Below are positions 46,674 to 61,499 of a DNA stretch of 64,000 nucleotides, in pieces (the stretch's first letter is position 1; the number at the start of each line of letters is the position of its first letter). Location: assembly GCA_963693365.1 (NCBI GenBank), contig CAVNZM010000001.1, forward strand, positions 9,006,907 to 9,070,906, read 5' to 3'. The stretch comes from Amoebidium appalachense (lineage: Eukaryota > Protista > Ichthyosporea). The position numbers and the translations under genes are program-made. The notes below the pieces were generated by a model. The model ran no database searches. It saw nothing but the letters and a program-made list of their open reading frames with translations, and had not been told where the DNA came from.

Positions 46674-47847
46674 AGTATGTGCGTGGGTGTGTGTGGGTGT
46701 GTGTGTGTGTGCAACGTGTCAAGTGTCACTGTGTACATGTGTGTGTCGGCGTGTGTGCGTGTGTGTGCGCGTGTCGCTGAGTGTGTGTTTGTGTATCAAC
46801 GCACACAAATATATTAATACGGTAGAGTCGGTGCTTTGCAATTGTGGAAGACGGCCCGGTAGTTCTCATGACCCACCGGGGACGAAACGGGATTTCTTTT
46901 TTGGAATTTGTTTGTATGTGGCGTGTGTGATACTACGTGACCGTCGTGTACTGGCGGCTGCGATAGTTAGATAATTACACCAGTGCACATTAGTATCACT
47001 GTGACTTCGACCCATTAACGTTGTGTACTTGTGTCTGGGCCGTGTGAGGCCGTGTGTATGCGCACGTGCACTGCCAAGAATGATGTGTGTATGTGTGTGT
47101 GTGTCTGTGTACACGTGTGTGTGCACGTGTGCGTGTCCTGTGTGTACATGTGTGTGTGTGCGTGTGCGCGCGTGTGTGTGCATGTGTGTGCACGTGTCAT
47201 CGTCACAGTATGCTTGTGTGTGTTTGTGCCGGTTGTGTGACTGCATGTGTGCATGCGTGCACCTGTGTGTGTGTGTGTGTGTGCGTGTGTGCGTGTGTGT
47301 GCGAGGCTCAGCTTGAAGCGTGTACGCGTGTGTTGGTGTGCGTGTGTGTGCTAGTCAGTGTGTGTGCGTGTGTTTGTGTGTGTGTGTGTACACGTGTGTC
47401 ATCGTGACGGTACCGGTGTGCGTGTGTGTGTTTGTGCCGGTTGTATCACAGTGGGCCCGGGCGTCACACATGTACACACACACGTGTGTGTGTGTACATG
47501 TGTGTGCGTGTGCGTGTGCGTGCATTTGTGTGTGGCGTGTGCACGTGTGCGTGTGTGACGTGCGTATGCCACGGCGTGTTGAAACTGGGTGTCACATGTG
47601 GTGCCTACGCCTAACACAAGTGTGCATGCGCAGCTCTGCCTGCGTCTGAGTTCCAAATGCTTGGTGCATGTACACGTGCATGAATGATATGGCGGTGCAC
47701 ACGTGCGTCACGTGTGTTTTGTATGACGGATCCCACGACCGTCGCACGTGTGTAGACATGCATGTGTATGTATTATCAGCGATATCACATGCATACATAC
47801 CCGGATATCAATACGTATACACATGTACACACGCGTGTGGAGTGACC

Positions 47848-47888
<41 letters not shown>

Positions 47889-48081
47889 CGGGGGCCGGGG
47901 ACTGACTGGGGCCCCCAATTGGGGAGAGATCTAGACACGCTGATCCCAGAAATACCTTATATAGCCTATTACCGTGATATAACCGATAACATTACCCGCG
48001 GCAGAAAGTCACCCTAAAACACCCCCGTAATAGTACGGAATATTACAGAAATAAATATTTTATGATAATGACTTTATTGAT

Positions 48082-48194
48082 GGGGTTTACACACTTTTTA
48101 TTGCGTGGACACTGCCGGAGGCCCAGCCACATTCGACGGCCTACTGCGTTTTCCAGCACAGCCAATCAAATGCAGCCAGTGACATATGTACATG
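48082..48194 (+). mobile_element. Solo arm of the foldback element found at 50710-51335
   Basis: ggggtttacacactttttattgcgtgg...gcagccagtgacatatgtacatg is near-identical to 50710-50755 plus 51105-51190. Confidence 0.7.
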
Positions 48195-49876
48195 CTAGGC
48201 AACAATGAGCGCCATGCATCGTAGTATCTGACACCCCTATTACATATTATGGGTAAGCAGAGGGTAGCATCGGTAGCTCCGAAAGAAAGTTAAGGCACCG
48301 GATCACAATATCATACTGTGCAGCATAATAAGGTGATCTAGGATATGTGCATGAAAGAGAAGCAAGCCGGAGATATTACAGATATCTCAGAGAAGAAATA
48401 CAAAGGCTTTCGTTTCTTATTTTTGTGGGACTTCACTTTCACTTCGATCTCTTAGTTGTCACGTCAACTTTTTTCCCCGATTCTTCACCATGGCAGGTAT
48501 ATAAAGGCTTTCGTTTCTTCTTTTTGTGGTTGGATGGAGTCCCACTCAGGGGAACGTAACTGCAGCGGGTGTGTGGTGTGGCCTGGTGTATTCCTACTGC
48601 TGTGAGAGTGTGGGGGCATCTCCCTTTCGCGGAGCTTCTCGCTTGAGAAGCTTAAGTGGTTTCTTCAACGCCTGGTGGTCCACTGCAACCTATGGTAACT
48701 TCTACTAGTAGTACACGCTGTCTACGCTTCTACGCGACCTATTGGCGGTGGGCTGCTGCAACTTCTTCAGCTACTTCTGCGCTGCGTGAGTGGAGAGGCG
48801 GCTACTTGGTCGTCGGGGAGCTTTCCAAGTGACTGCCAGTCCTTAGCCTCCAGTCGAATGGCAATGACCGGGTTTGCTTGCAAGCATTCTGTAATTGTGT
48901 TTTTCTGTGTGTCCTGCCACAACTATAGCTAGGCCACCTTATCAGAGAGCTAGATGCAGTTTCTCCGGGTTATCTAGGGGCCGGGCCCGTTGAGATTGTT
49001 TTTTAGCTCAGATTTGGTCTGCATTGCAGAGGCTGACTTGCTTGCTGTGCCTCGATAGGTTTTGAGGGGGGCCTGTTGGGAAGGAGCAGCAATGATGTCT
49101 TCTTGCGGAGTGTGGTCTGGTCAACATCGATGCATATGACTAGTTGGAGCAAACTAGTTTCACGCATACACGTACACTTAAGGTTTTGCCCGCTGGTGTC
49201 CTTAAAGTTTGTCACTTGTCGCTTTATTTTTATTTCGTAGCTTTGGCTTTTTCAGTTCTATTGGTCACGGTGGTTATGTAGCCTGTGGCTGTACATTGCC
49301 TTCATCAACGGATCAATAAACCCGAGTCAAAAGAAAAGAAATTTAAAGAAAATACAAAAACCTCTACTCACGGATACGGAGGAGATAACGACTCAAATTT
49401 TAAAAAAAACCAAAAAAAAAAACCGTTTTCCGGTAGCCAAGGCATCCAAAATAATACAATGGCTTATTGGACAATGCAGCAACAATGCGAACTAGTTTAG
49501 TAATATTTGGTAATATTCTATAGCCTTTGATTTGTCGCATTTACATGCATAATAAGTACCTTTCCAAAACGACGTATTAGATTGGCTAAATATCATGCGC
49601 AACACTTACCGCATAGTTTGCTACCAAGTGAAGCATATGAGTGGCCTTCAATCACGAACGCCTTTCGCCGATGTTACGAGAGCCAGCTGCTGCAGCTTTC
49701 CTGGCAACGGCGAGTACCCAGTGTATATATGAGCAAAATAATGTACCTATGATAAACTGCACATGTTGCATATGTCAGGAGGTATACACGTACAGTATAC
49801 ACACACACGCAAATGCACAGCCCCAACACAAGTACGGTGTTGTCAGGTGTACGCAAACACATCGCGATCGCCCCTC

Positions 49877-49907
<31 letters not shown>

Positions 49908-49929
49908 AAATAATAATTTTTTTTGAAAA

Positions 49930-50133
<204 letters not shown>

Positions 50134-50709
50134 CACACACTTGTGTACACTCGTTAAGCTGACAAGTTGGTGGGCGGAATAAAACGGTATTATTGCCACG
50201 CAATTGATAGAGAAAAATAAGTGACCTCACGGTAATACCACAAATATCGCGGGAATATCACGATGTGGGACCGTCATATTTCTGTGATAAAACAGAATTC
50301 TTCATGGTATTATCACATGAATATCACATAGTATTACTGTAATAAAGGCGTTTTACTACCGTATTATTACGGTTATTACAGCGACGCCACCATGCATCGT
50401 TTCAGAAATACCACCGTAATAGTAGGTATTATCACCGCAACTACAGGCCCATCTGGCTGTGTAATAATAATTTTGGCCGTGATATTACGTAATATTACAT
50501 TACGGTAGTATTCCATGGCATATTGGGCTCTATAGGGTATTTCTCGCTGATCCATACGCCGGAAGTCCCCTCGCACGTGCACAATGATTGGACAAAACAC
50601 GATGATGACGTAAAATCAGGCATAAAGAGGCCGTCAGGCAGGCCCCCTGGGCCCTAAATGGGCGGGGCGGCAGCCCCCCCCATTTCAGTCCCAGACACAC
50701 ATAGAGTTG

Positions 50710-51335
50710 GGGGTTTACACACTTTTTATTGCGTGGACCCTGCCGGAGGCCCAGCACATACGAGCAGGAGACACCAGAAACCGATTACACCGCCAAGCCA
50801 TAATCATCTTTGCGTTTTACACCACACCACATTACGAATAAACGAATCTATGTATGAACGAGACTCTCTAACCGTATCCGCCATATAGCTATAGGCTACT
50901 AGTAGTTGGTGTTTTTGCGGTCCTAACACCGGAAGGGACTCAACACGTAGAGTAAAAAGATATCTATCAGCCATAGACTTGAAACTATTCATATTCACAC
51001 TATGATCTACAAGCCGTACCTCCGGTGGGGTCGCCAGCCATTCCACATAACGCTCGGCAATGGGCAGAGACGATGGGAAAGGGAAGAGGTATGTCGGGGG
51101 GAGTCCACTGCCGGAGGCCCAGCCACATTCGACGGCCTACTGCGTTTTCCAGCGCAGCCAATCAAATGCAGCCAGTGACATATGTACATGGTTATGGTTC
51201 GATCTCCCTATACCTAGGGGCTTGTACATATGTCACTAGCTGCATTTGATTGGCTGCGCTGGAAAACGCAGTAGGCCGTCGAGTGAGGCTGGGCCCCAGA
51301 CACATGTCCACGTCAATAAATAGTGTGTAAACACC
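50710..51335. mobile_element. Foldback/MITE-like element with long inverted arms; left arm interrupted by a ~350 bp insertion
   Basis: Inner arms 51116-51188 and 51223-51295 are near-perfect inverted repeats; outer ends ggggtttacacact (50710) and agtgtgtaaacacc (51335) also pair. Confidence 0.7.
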
Positions 51336-51571
51336 TATTAGACCTACCTCCATGTAGGTAGGTTCAGCCTGAGCCCGGCATGATGCATGGGCCAGTGTAG
51401 TCACGGCCCCCCTGAAACCTTGGGGCCGGGGGCTCAGGGGCACGTGCGCTGCCCGCGGGCCGCGGCTCACACTTATTTTATGCGCCTGTGCGTCGGTGCG
51501 AGCCTCCAATTTGATTGACTTTCGTTGTATGCCCAATAGGAAGCCTCCATATTTTTTGATTTTTCGCCTCT

Positions 51572-51602
<31 letters not shown>

Positions 51603-52698
51603 CTGAATCGCATTCCAATGGAGGCTCACAAAACTTCCAAAAGCTTTACTGGCATTCTTCTTGGCAGCTTTGACAACTAATAAATTAGCATACACACACT
51701 AGGTACTACGGTTTTGTCACAGGTGGCATTTGATATACGTGTACGGTGCTGCAAGGACAATTTTTTTTGGGATAAAGCCGGGTTCGCTATGCAACCGTAT
51801 ACGCGAATCACGGCATGCGCATATGCGCGCACCACCGGCTGCCCGGCAGGCACCGCGGCCACGTTAGGCGCCCATCCTGCGGAATCCGCGGATTCAATAT
51901 CGGCCGCGCCACGAACTGTCGAACCTGCGGTCCTGATTACGCTCAAAACAGCTTTAGAAAAAAAAAAATTAAAGTGTGACAATTCCTTAAGTTTTTATTA
52001 GTAATGGGCAAGAGAATTTTGTCGGCTATACAAGGTTGTGCTGTAAATGAGAATTACAGGTCAACTTCTGAGGAATCTGGGATACATGGTTACCATGAAA
52101 GGACGTTAGGGATTGGTCAAGCGAAAGTGGTGATCTTAGAAGCTGATTTGTTGCTCCTTTTATGGTTAGACTGTAAACCTGGAGCCCCAATCATCTGGCT
52201 TTCACAGGTAAGCCAATCATATACGCTGATACTGTCAGATTGTCATTGGATGTGGTCAGGGTGTGAAATTCGTTTTTCATAATGACTTTAAATGAAATTC
52301 GCCTTCGGCTGGTGCTATTTTGGCACTTTTTCTTCTGCCCTGGGATGGCCCTACAATAAAATAAGGCCACGAATGGTTTTGGGGGGTATTTTTCTTTTAG
52401 AGCTTGGCTGTCTTAAAGTCACTGGTGGACCTAACCTTCAGAAGTTAGGGACATTTTTCGGAGCTTCAGGGACTAAAAACCCCATAATTTCACAGCCTGC
52501 TGTCGGTGACGACATCATGAACCGCTCATGAGTCATGACCTCAGGAGTCAGGGTGTCGTGACTCGTGATGCGTAAACAGACTTCTTATTTTCTCTGTCAT
52601 ATACAACAACTCCGAGTCCCGTCCGTTCATTCTCCGTTCGTTGCCTCCCTCATGAAACTGTTAAAGCTCTGTTGAGTGAGGAGAGATACAGTGGGAAA

Positions 52699-53673
52699 AT
52701 GGCGGACTTCGAAGGGAAATATGACGGGGCAAAGGATTCAATCCGCGGCCCACCTTCAAAAGTAAGGGACCTAAATGCGGACGAAGAAGCTAGCGCTACA
52801 GCCGAAGCAGAAGAGCTAGCGCACCTCGGGTACAAACAGGAACTGAAGCGAGGATTCAACGGGTTTATGAGCTTTGCCTTCTGCTTCGACGCGGTGTCGG
52901 TGCTGCCCAGCCTGTCGCTCACCTACGACTTTGGCCTGATCACGGGCGGCCCTGCGTTTATGGTCTACCAGTGGATTTGTGTGTTCACCTTTGTGGTTAT
53001 TGCGGGGTTGTGTATGGGCGAAATCTGCTCCAAGTATCCCTCGGCAGGCAGTGTCTACTACTGGGCTGCGCAGTTGGCTTCACCGAAATGGCATCCCTTG
53101 GCCTCCTACGTGACGGGCTGGTACGTTAATTTGGCTTCCAAGTTTCCTGAGTGTGCACAACACACTCACAATGTGTGTGTGAAAAGCGAACAAACGGCAA
53201 AGCGAAAAAAAAAGAAGAAAAAAAAATACGAAACAGCTGTTTTTTGCTCTCGTTCTTCTTTATCATCTTTATCATAGAAGGCCATGCTAGCTTACAATTT
53301 TTATTTGCACGCAGTCTATGTAAATACTGACTATGGTCAGAAAAAATTTGCAGCAAACTTTACAATACATTTACAGTAGTGCAGAAATGAATCATGATTA
53401 TGGTATTATTGTTAATGAATTATGCTGTAGGCGATGTGGAAGAGGCTTTTCCCGTTGTTTCAAATCGAGCACCGAGTGACACTCTGACCTATAACCTCTT
53501 GCTCTCTCACACAGGTTCAACCTTTTGGGCTCTCTGGCTGCTACCGCCAGCTTTGCCCGTGGCTCGGCCCAAATGTTCTCTGCTCTCTCCGTGGCTAATG
53601 GCGGTGAAGCTCTGACGAATCAGGTCTTGACCTCTCCCTTCTGCCCGTCCCCCCAAATGTATACACACAAAAC

Positions 53674-53718
<45 letters not shown>

Positions 53719-53926
53719 GCGAGAACGCGCGCACACGAGTACACACACATGCGCCCACACACACGCATGCTGTGGCTTACTCATACCATGGAAAACATAT
53801 ACACGGCACACAAAAACAAACGGCGTCATAAAAAGCCGTCACACACTCGCAAACCCTTTACGCACGCGCGCGCACACACAAACACGTGCGCGCCCGCACG
53901 CGCGCACACACACACACACACACACT

Positions 53927-53965
<39 letters not shown>

Positions 53966-55684
53966 GCCGTCACATACACTCATACACACATTGTACACAC
54001 ACACACACACACTCATATACAGGTAAGTTTCACACACACACACTTACTCACACTCACGCTCACACACACACACTCACTCACTCACACACAGGCATGGATA
54101 CATTCAGTCCCTCTCTGCCCCCCGCTCCCCCCCCGGCGGATGCGAATTTATGACTTGCCTCTCCGAGGATGAGGTGTGCTTAGTATGCATACTCTTTATG
54201 TGTGGCCCGGTTTGCAGTCTAGTAGTACATCGTTTTGTCCGTTTTGAACGTGTACAAAGTATTCTATAACACATTCTAACACCCCCCCCCCCCCTCCCCC
54301 GCCCCCCCTTCCGCTCCCCTTGCCCACCAATTAAAAAGGCCCGTGCAGCCTTTCCCCACGACAACCCAATTCACCATCTCATATGTATCACTCAAAACTG
54401 AACACTAACCACAAATTCTGCTCACGCACTGCAGGTGATGGTGGGGATATCTATTGGTGTTATGGTGGCGTACAGTGTGATCAACCTTCTCAACGTGCGC
54501 ATCCAGGGCTACATCAACATCTTCTGCGCAATGACCCAGATCTTCGGCTGTGTCATCATCTGCATCGTGCTGATCGCATTGTCCGGAAAAAACAGAAATT
54601 CGGCTGAATTTGTGTTTGCAACTACAAACAACTCCACTGGACTGGATGTTGGCTGGGGTTATATTGCCCTAATCGGATTTCTAACCCCGCTGTTTTCGTC
54701 TACCGGGTATGATGCTGGGGCACACATGGCTGAGGAGACGAGAGACCCGGCACGTGCGGCACCAAGGTGAACAGGATCTCTGCAGGGAGATAGAGAGAGC
54801 GAGAGAGTGTGTGTGAGTGAGAGAGAGAGGGAGAGAGAGAGAGAGAGAGTGTGTGTGTGTGTGTGTGTGTTGCGCGTGCGACTAGGGGGGGGAGGGTGAG
54901 GCGGGAGAGCTTGAGAGAGAAAGAGAGTGAGTGACAGAGAGGTGATCATCGGACATCTTTTAACTCTTCAAGGTCTTTTAATGTCCCAGTTACCTTTCTA
55001 CTATTAAGTCAATTTTTAAATTTTAAAATCATTACACACCGCGGCCCCCAGGGGTCTACACCCTCACATGCCCAACTCAGTGACTGCAAGTCATCGGCAA
55101 CTATGAGCACCTACGTTGGCCATGGGATACCGCCTTCGTGATCTTGCAGCATTACAATGCACGCTGCAATTCACACGATTTAAAAACATCATCTGATTGG
55201 CCCATTAAACTACAGGGGCATTCTCCTGTGCTGCACGGTCAGCGCCATCAGCGGGTTCATCTACATGCTTGGGCTGCTGTTCTCCACACAGGACATCGAC
55301 CGTGCAATTACCACACCAACGGGCTCGGCCGCTGTGCAGGTGTGTTCCTTCACACACACACACCAACCACAAGGACGGGTAACCCATTCATGTTCAAGTG
55401 AAGCAGCATTTAAGTCGGGTTTTGTGTACGGGCTTCGGAATGTGTTAGAACTTGGGTATGGTGGATGACTTGGGCCTCCTGCTTATCGCGCATACTTTTT
55501 GTGTGCTTTGCACAATCTGCATTGTGCGGTTCACCGTGTAAAGTTAGTTCGTACTCTGTAGCAGGTTCTAACCCTCCCCCCCCCCCCCCCCCCCTTTCCC
55601 ATCACACACACACACACACGCACACACACTCTCTCTCCCTCTCTCTCACACTCACTCACACACGCACACACACACACACACACA

Positions 55685-55752
<68 letters not shown>

Positions 55753-56416
55753 CACACACATACACACGCCCGCGCGCACTTACACACACACACATACACA
55801 CATGCACACATGCACACGCACATACACTCAGGTGTACCTTGACGTAGCCGGCCAAACAGGGGGCCTGATTCTAGCCATCATCCTCACCATGACCGTATTC
55901 CTGGCCGGCCTAGCCATATGCACCGTCACCACACGCATCGCATATGCCCTCGTTCGTGACGATGCACTCCCATTCTCGAAGACATTCTACAAGGTTAATG
56001 CTGAAACGGGTGTTCCACACGGCACGGTGGTGCTTACATTTATCATCTGTACCCTGATGCTTCTTCTTCCCCTCGTGAACGTCACTGCATTCCGTGCTGT
56101 TATGAGTATGACGTCGTGTGGCCTTCAGATGTCTTATGCCGTCCCTATTCTCATGCGGTTGATCTTTTCACGAAACTCATTCAAGCCCGGTCCCTTCAAC
56201 CTCGGTTCTTTCTCCATCCCACTCAACATCCTTGCCTGCTTTTGGCTTGTTTTCTCTTCCATTCTTTTGCTCCTTCCAGCCACCGGCCCGATTACAGCAG
56301 AAACGTTTAATTATTCGCCTGTTGTGGTTGGTGGACTGGCAATAATCGGCTGTTTCCATTGGACGATCTTTGCTCGCCACACCTTTACTGGGCCTAAGCG
56401 TGCTCAAGTTGATTAG
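52699..56416 (+). CDS. APC-superfamily amino acid/GABA/polyamine permease (ACT family, UGA4/BAT1-like), 523 aa. Exons 52699-53120, 53515-53623, 54435-54766, 55216-55339, 55832-56416
   Basis: LGYKQELKRGF, GGPA, MGEICSKYPSAGSVYYWA, TGWFN, GYDAGAHMAEET, RIAYALVRDDALPFS, FKPGPFNLG, FNY, FTGPK; multiple TM helices; GT-AG junctions in frame (1572 nt). Confidence 0.95.
54161..54285 (+). mobile_element. Diverged poly(C)-anchored repeat in permease intron 2
   Basis: ccgaggatgaggtgtgcttagtatgcatactctttatgt...cattctaacacccc matches subfamily A. Confidence 0.6.
55376..55575 (+). mobile_element. Diverged, longer poly(C)-anchored repeat in permease intron 4
   Basis: gaacttgggtatggtggatgacttgggcc...ctgcttatcgcgcatact...ttcgtact...ttctaacc followed by a C-run. 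Confidence 0.55.
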
Positions 56417-59292
56417 TGGTCATTATTCATCCATGCTCATGCAGCAGTACCACTCCACCTAAAAGACTTAACCCTCTTGGTTTCTAGCAAAAAAGCTAGC
56501 AGCCTAATTTTATTAACTACTTATAGCTTACTGCCAAAGACTCGTAGCCTTATTTATACTATGTACACAAAACGTACACATCTCCATTCAAGTCTGAAGC
56601 TTTCTTTATTGGTTTCACGTTTACAAACACCCGGACTCAATTGCAAGTACAACCTCGTATGAATTTTATTTCAACAGTACCGTACGCGTGGGCCGCAATC
56701 ACTACCATATATTATTCTACGCTTCGCCACAGAAATTCGTTAATAAAGTTTAAACCACTCCGGACGGTAAGTCATGAGCAGCCTGGGATGTAGGGCTGGC
56801 ATGCAACAATCATGAAACCACAGCAAAAGAGCTCGAGACCAGGCTCACATTACATGGGAAGAAACAGTCACTGAATCACGGGTGACCCAACTGCAGCTGG
56901 GCATGATGTGCGTTACAGCCCTCCCCCCCCCCTCCCTCCCCCCCCCCCCCCCCCCCTTCCCCTCTCTCCTCCTCGCCAAACACACGCAGGCAATCACATG
57001 GGCACACACACATGTATACAGAAACACACACATCCACACCCTGAGTCACAGACAGCTTTAATAGGCAAAAGATCTAGCTAGCCTTGGCAAGGGGCGCGTG
57101 GGGGGGGGGGGGGGGGGGGGGGGGGGTAACCGGAGAATTACCTCGACTTCAAGTTTGCATTAGACTGCAGCTGGTGAGGTCTCGGTGTCAGTGTCTCTAG
57201 CTAGCTAGGCCATCAATATCCTAGGAAGGTTTAGTAGGTTCTTCCTAATTTATAACACAGTTTGTTTTGGTACATTATGCACCGCGTGCACGTGTGCTCG
57301 TGTTTCAGAGACCGTATGCGGGTTACTGTATGTGTTCAGTGGGCCATGTGTTGGTGGGGACTCAGGACTTCGTAAGTATTCTTTTTTTGCCGGGGGGGGG
57401 GGGGGGGGGGGGGAAGATGGGATTTACCAATTAAACGCATATATACATATGCATGTACAGAATGCCGTTTACTAAAGTTTCACACGTACCATATGATACG
57501 TACACAGTACATGCATTCTGATATCTGATTTTTTTTTTGTGTGTGTGTGCGCGCGCGCGTGTGTGTGTCTCTCCTCTGTGAGTGTGTACGTGTGTGTGTG
57601 TCGGTACGTGTGTGTGTGTGTGTGTGTGTGTGTACATGTCTAGATCTGTGTGTGTGTGTGTCGGCGCGCGCGTGTGTACGTGTGTGTGTGTCACGGTCTG
57701 TGTGTACATGTGTGTGTGTGTGTTTGTTTGTGTGTGTGTGTGTGTGTGTGCATGTGTGTGTGTGTGTGTGTGTGTGGAGGGTGTCTGTGTGTGTGTGGAG
57801 TGTGTGTGTGTGTGTACATGTGTGCGTCTGTGTGTGTTTTGGGACACACACACACACACAGCATATACGTACACGCACATGCGCGCACACACACACGTAC
57901 CCACACACGCACGCACACATGCACAACCATCCACACATACACAGACGTACGCACATACATGTACAGCATGCGTAAGGTTACGCATCCAAACACGCGAACA
58001 CGCCCACGTACGCCCACACACCGGGAGGGAGGGGGGGGGAGAGGGGGGGGGGGGGGGGGGGGGGGGGAGGGGAGGGAGAGAGAGAGGGTTGGAGGGAGAG
58101 AGAGGAGGGTGGGGGAGAGTCTCGGATACTGAGCGGGGGAGGAAGGGGGGAGGGGGCGGGGGGCGGGGGGAAGGGGGGATGGAGGAGTGGGGGACACAGC
58201 GAAAGAGAGAGAGACAGAGAGGGAGGGAGAGACAGAGGGAGAGAGGGAGTATGGAAGGGAGTGAAAGAAAAGGGAGGTGTGGGGGGGAGGGGGTGAGGGG
58301 GGAATGGGGAAGATAGAGGGAGGGAGCGAGATGTGTGATATTGTAGTATGGCCCAATGGCATTTTTTTTTTTTTGGTGTGTGTGCGTGGGGGGGGGGGGG
58401 GGGGGGGGGAGGGACGACCGTTTCGAAAATATTTGCTTGGATTCCTGGTTTTGGTAACACCTGACTTCTAACACCCACACACACGAAGATCCCCATTACT
58501 ACCGAAATCCTTTTTGATTGTTGAGTCTGGAGTCTAGAGCAAGCCAGCCTTGTGTTTCAAGTCAGGCCATCTTTTGAGTCATTGCATATTTATGACAATT
58601 GTAGGCGGACCTAATGGACTTGCAACCAACAACACAAACTCAGAACGGTTGTAAATTTAATAATATGTGGTACTGTTCTAGATTTGCTGCTGCCATAAAA
58701 CTAATAACCACCGTGTTCTCAATGTTGATTATTTTAAATACGGTTGGATTTTTATGTTCATGTATGCGGTACTACACCACCGTTTTCTGGTGGTTAAAAA
58801 ACTGTTTTTAGTCAAAATAACATACTGTACAGTAACCTCAAATACAGTCTAATCAAAGTATCTGTCGTAATCATTGAGCCATGGACAAGCTACCATACCC
58901 GCCTCGAAAGGATAGACTTCTTCCAAAAACAGCTGCTACGTATGTCATGTCATGCCCACCCCCCCCCCCCCCCTCCCCCTCCCCCTCCTTTGCCCCATAG
59001 TGTCACAGTGCCAGTAAGCGCCTCAGAGGAGGTGGCGCCGGGGGAAGGGGGGGAGGGGGGCAGCTGGGGGCAAGAGAGAAAAACGTGGATAGAGATTGAG
59101 GAGCGTGTGCGCACCTCGGTCTGTACTGTGTCTGTGTATGATAAGAGAGTATCAGGTGTGTGCAATCGTGTCTGTGGGTATGTATGTTTGTGGGTGGTCA
59201 CGCAGTGTACATGTGTGTGTGTGTGTACGGGTGTGTGTGTGTTTGCGTGTGTGGGTGTGGGTTTGTGGGTGTGGGTGTGTGCCACCGTGATG

Positions 59293-59336
<44 letters not shown>

Positions 59337-59574
59337 GTGTGTGTGCGTTTGTGTGTGTCTGTGTGTATGTGCACGTGTGACACTGTAATATTGCAGAAGC
59401 CAAAGTAGCATAGTAACGATGGCAGTAGTTCGACGTTGACGGTGGGGTGGCCATCATAACATTGAATGAAATCCCAATAGGGGAGACCTGACGGAGGGTT
59501 TTGTGGGGGTGAGCCGGGGTGGGGAGAAGGTCTAGGGGGCAGAAGAGAGAGGGGGGGTAGGGGGAGGGTGGGGC

Positions 59575-60147
<573 letters not shown>

Positions 60148-61324
60148 AAGGGAGAAAAAAAGAGACAAAGTCATGAATACGTTTATATGGAGTGAGTTTT
60201 TAAACGGCACCCGGAGGACGATGCTTAATACCCACGTATCATGATGATGATACCTACCGGATACAACGATCACAATGGCGCAGCCACCAGTCGAACGGGT
60301 GGATTGATGGTCCCTCCCCTCCTCCGCCCCACGCCGAGCCAACCTCCTGGCCTCGAGCTCCCATGGTATTTCCCTACTACATAATCCTAGCTCCAAAAGA
60401 TTTCCACCACCCCCTTTTTGGTTCGTTAATTTCGAATTTATATCGGGGCCCTCTTATGTTGCATACCATTCTGCAAAACATCATGACTTGGTCACTAATG
60501 TATCAGCTAGGCTCTGTCCGTTTTTCCAAAAACCACAAACACGAGGATTAATCTTTTTTGTTTTAGCTTGGCAAGGACGTCCGCACACAGATATCGATCG
60601 TGACGGATCATGTGCGCGGATGAGAAGCGGCTTCGTGTAATATGCAGCGTTTTTGAAAAGAAAAGGGCCTCGAAAGCGAGCGGGCGGAATGAACATTATT
60701 GTATTCTACATAAAACCGCACTTTCCAACACAAGCAGTGTCTTATTCTTGCTCGAAAAATTGTTGTTTCTCAATATAGAGCAAAAGAAACTTTGAATTGA
60801 ATATCAGTGTGTTTTTTGTATATTTAGACAAATAGTGCGTATCTGACTTGGCGAGTGCGAGACTCGAGACTAGTCGAGTGCCTGAAAAGTTCGAGACAAG
60901 CAAAGTGCTGAATAGATCTGATTGCTGAACAGTGATTGGTTCATAACGATTCATATTCAAATATAATTTGCATGAGCCAATCGATAAGTAGGCCAAAACT
61001 TTTCAAAAAATCGGCGAAGGGGGGCTCTATACGATTAGCTTTTATTCAAATTTTCTTCAGAAAACTTAGGCTCTGTTATGATACGTTTTTATACACTGTA
61101 AGTGACGAACAATAACTTTTTGCAGCAAAGACCGTAGAAGGTTAGCTAATTATAAAACTATCTATTCTTAGTTCTCTTATAAGAGCCTACCGAGACGAAA
61201 AAAGGTGAAACATCTACTAGAAACTGCCTTGACCAGTGCCACTGCAATGTCTTTTTTCGCTATAGCTAACCCCAAATAGAATAGTAAACATTCCGGCGCT
61301 GAGGATTTAGTCATTTCAATATTC

Positions 61325-61398
61325 AGCCAATCACAATCAGCAATAGAGTGTAAGGGTCCATTTTTATTGGTAGTTCTAATCATCAAGCAAGTATAAAA
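61325..61398 (+). promoter_or_regulatory. CCAAT box (~61327) and TATA box (61392) upstream of the Trp/Cys-rich secreted gene
   Basis: agccaatca then gtataaaa about 105 nt before the ATG. Confidence 0.5.
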
Positions 61399-61499
61399 TC
61401 TTGCAGTAGTGCCATCGCAGATTCAGTTTTACAGCGAAGCAAAAAAACAGACGCGTTTCCTAACTTTCAAAAGTTACTGTTTTCTTCAAACGCTCTAAA

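Noticed and set aside
46370-47830. Degenerate GT/CA region with many CACGTG/TGTACA palindromes
   Set aside because: Explained by decay of alternating purine-pyrimidine repeats; no definable element boundaries.
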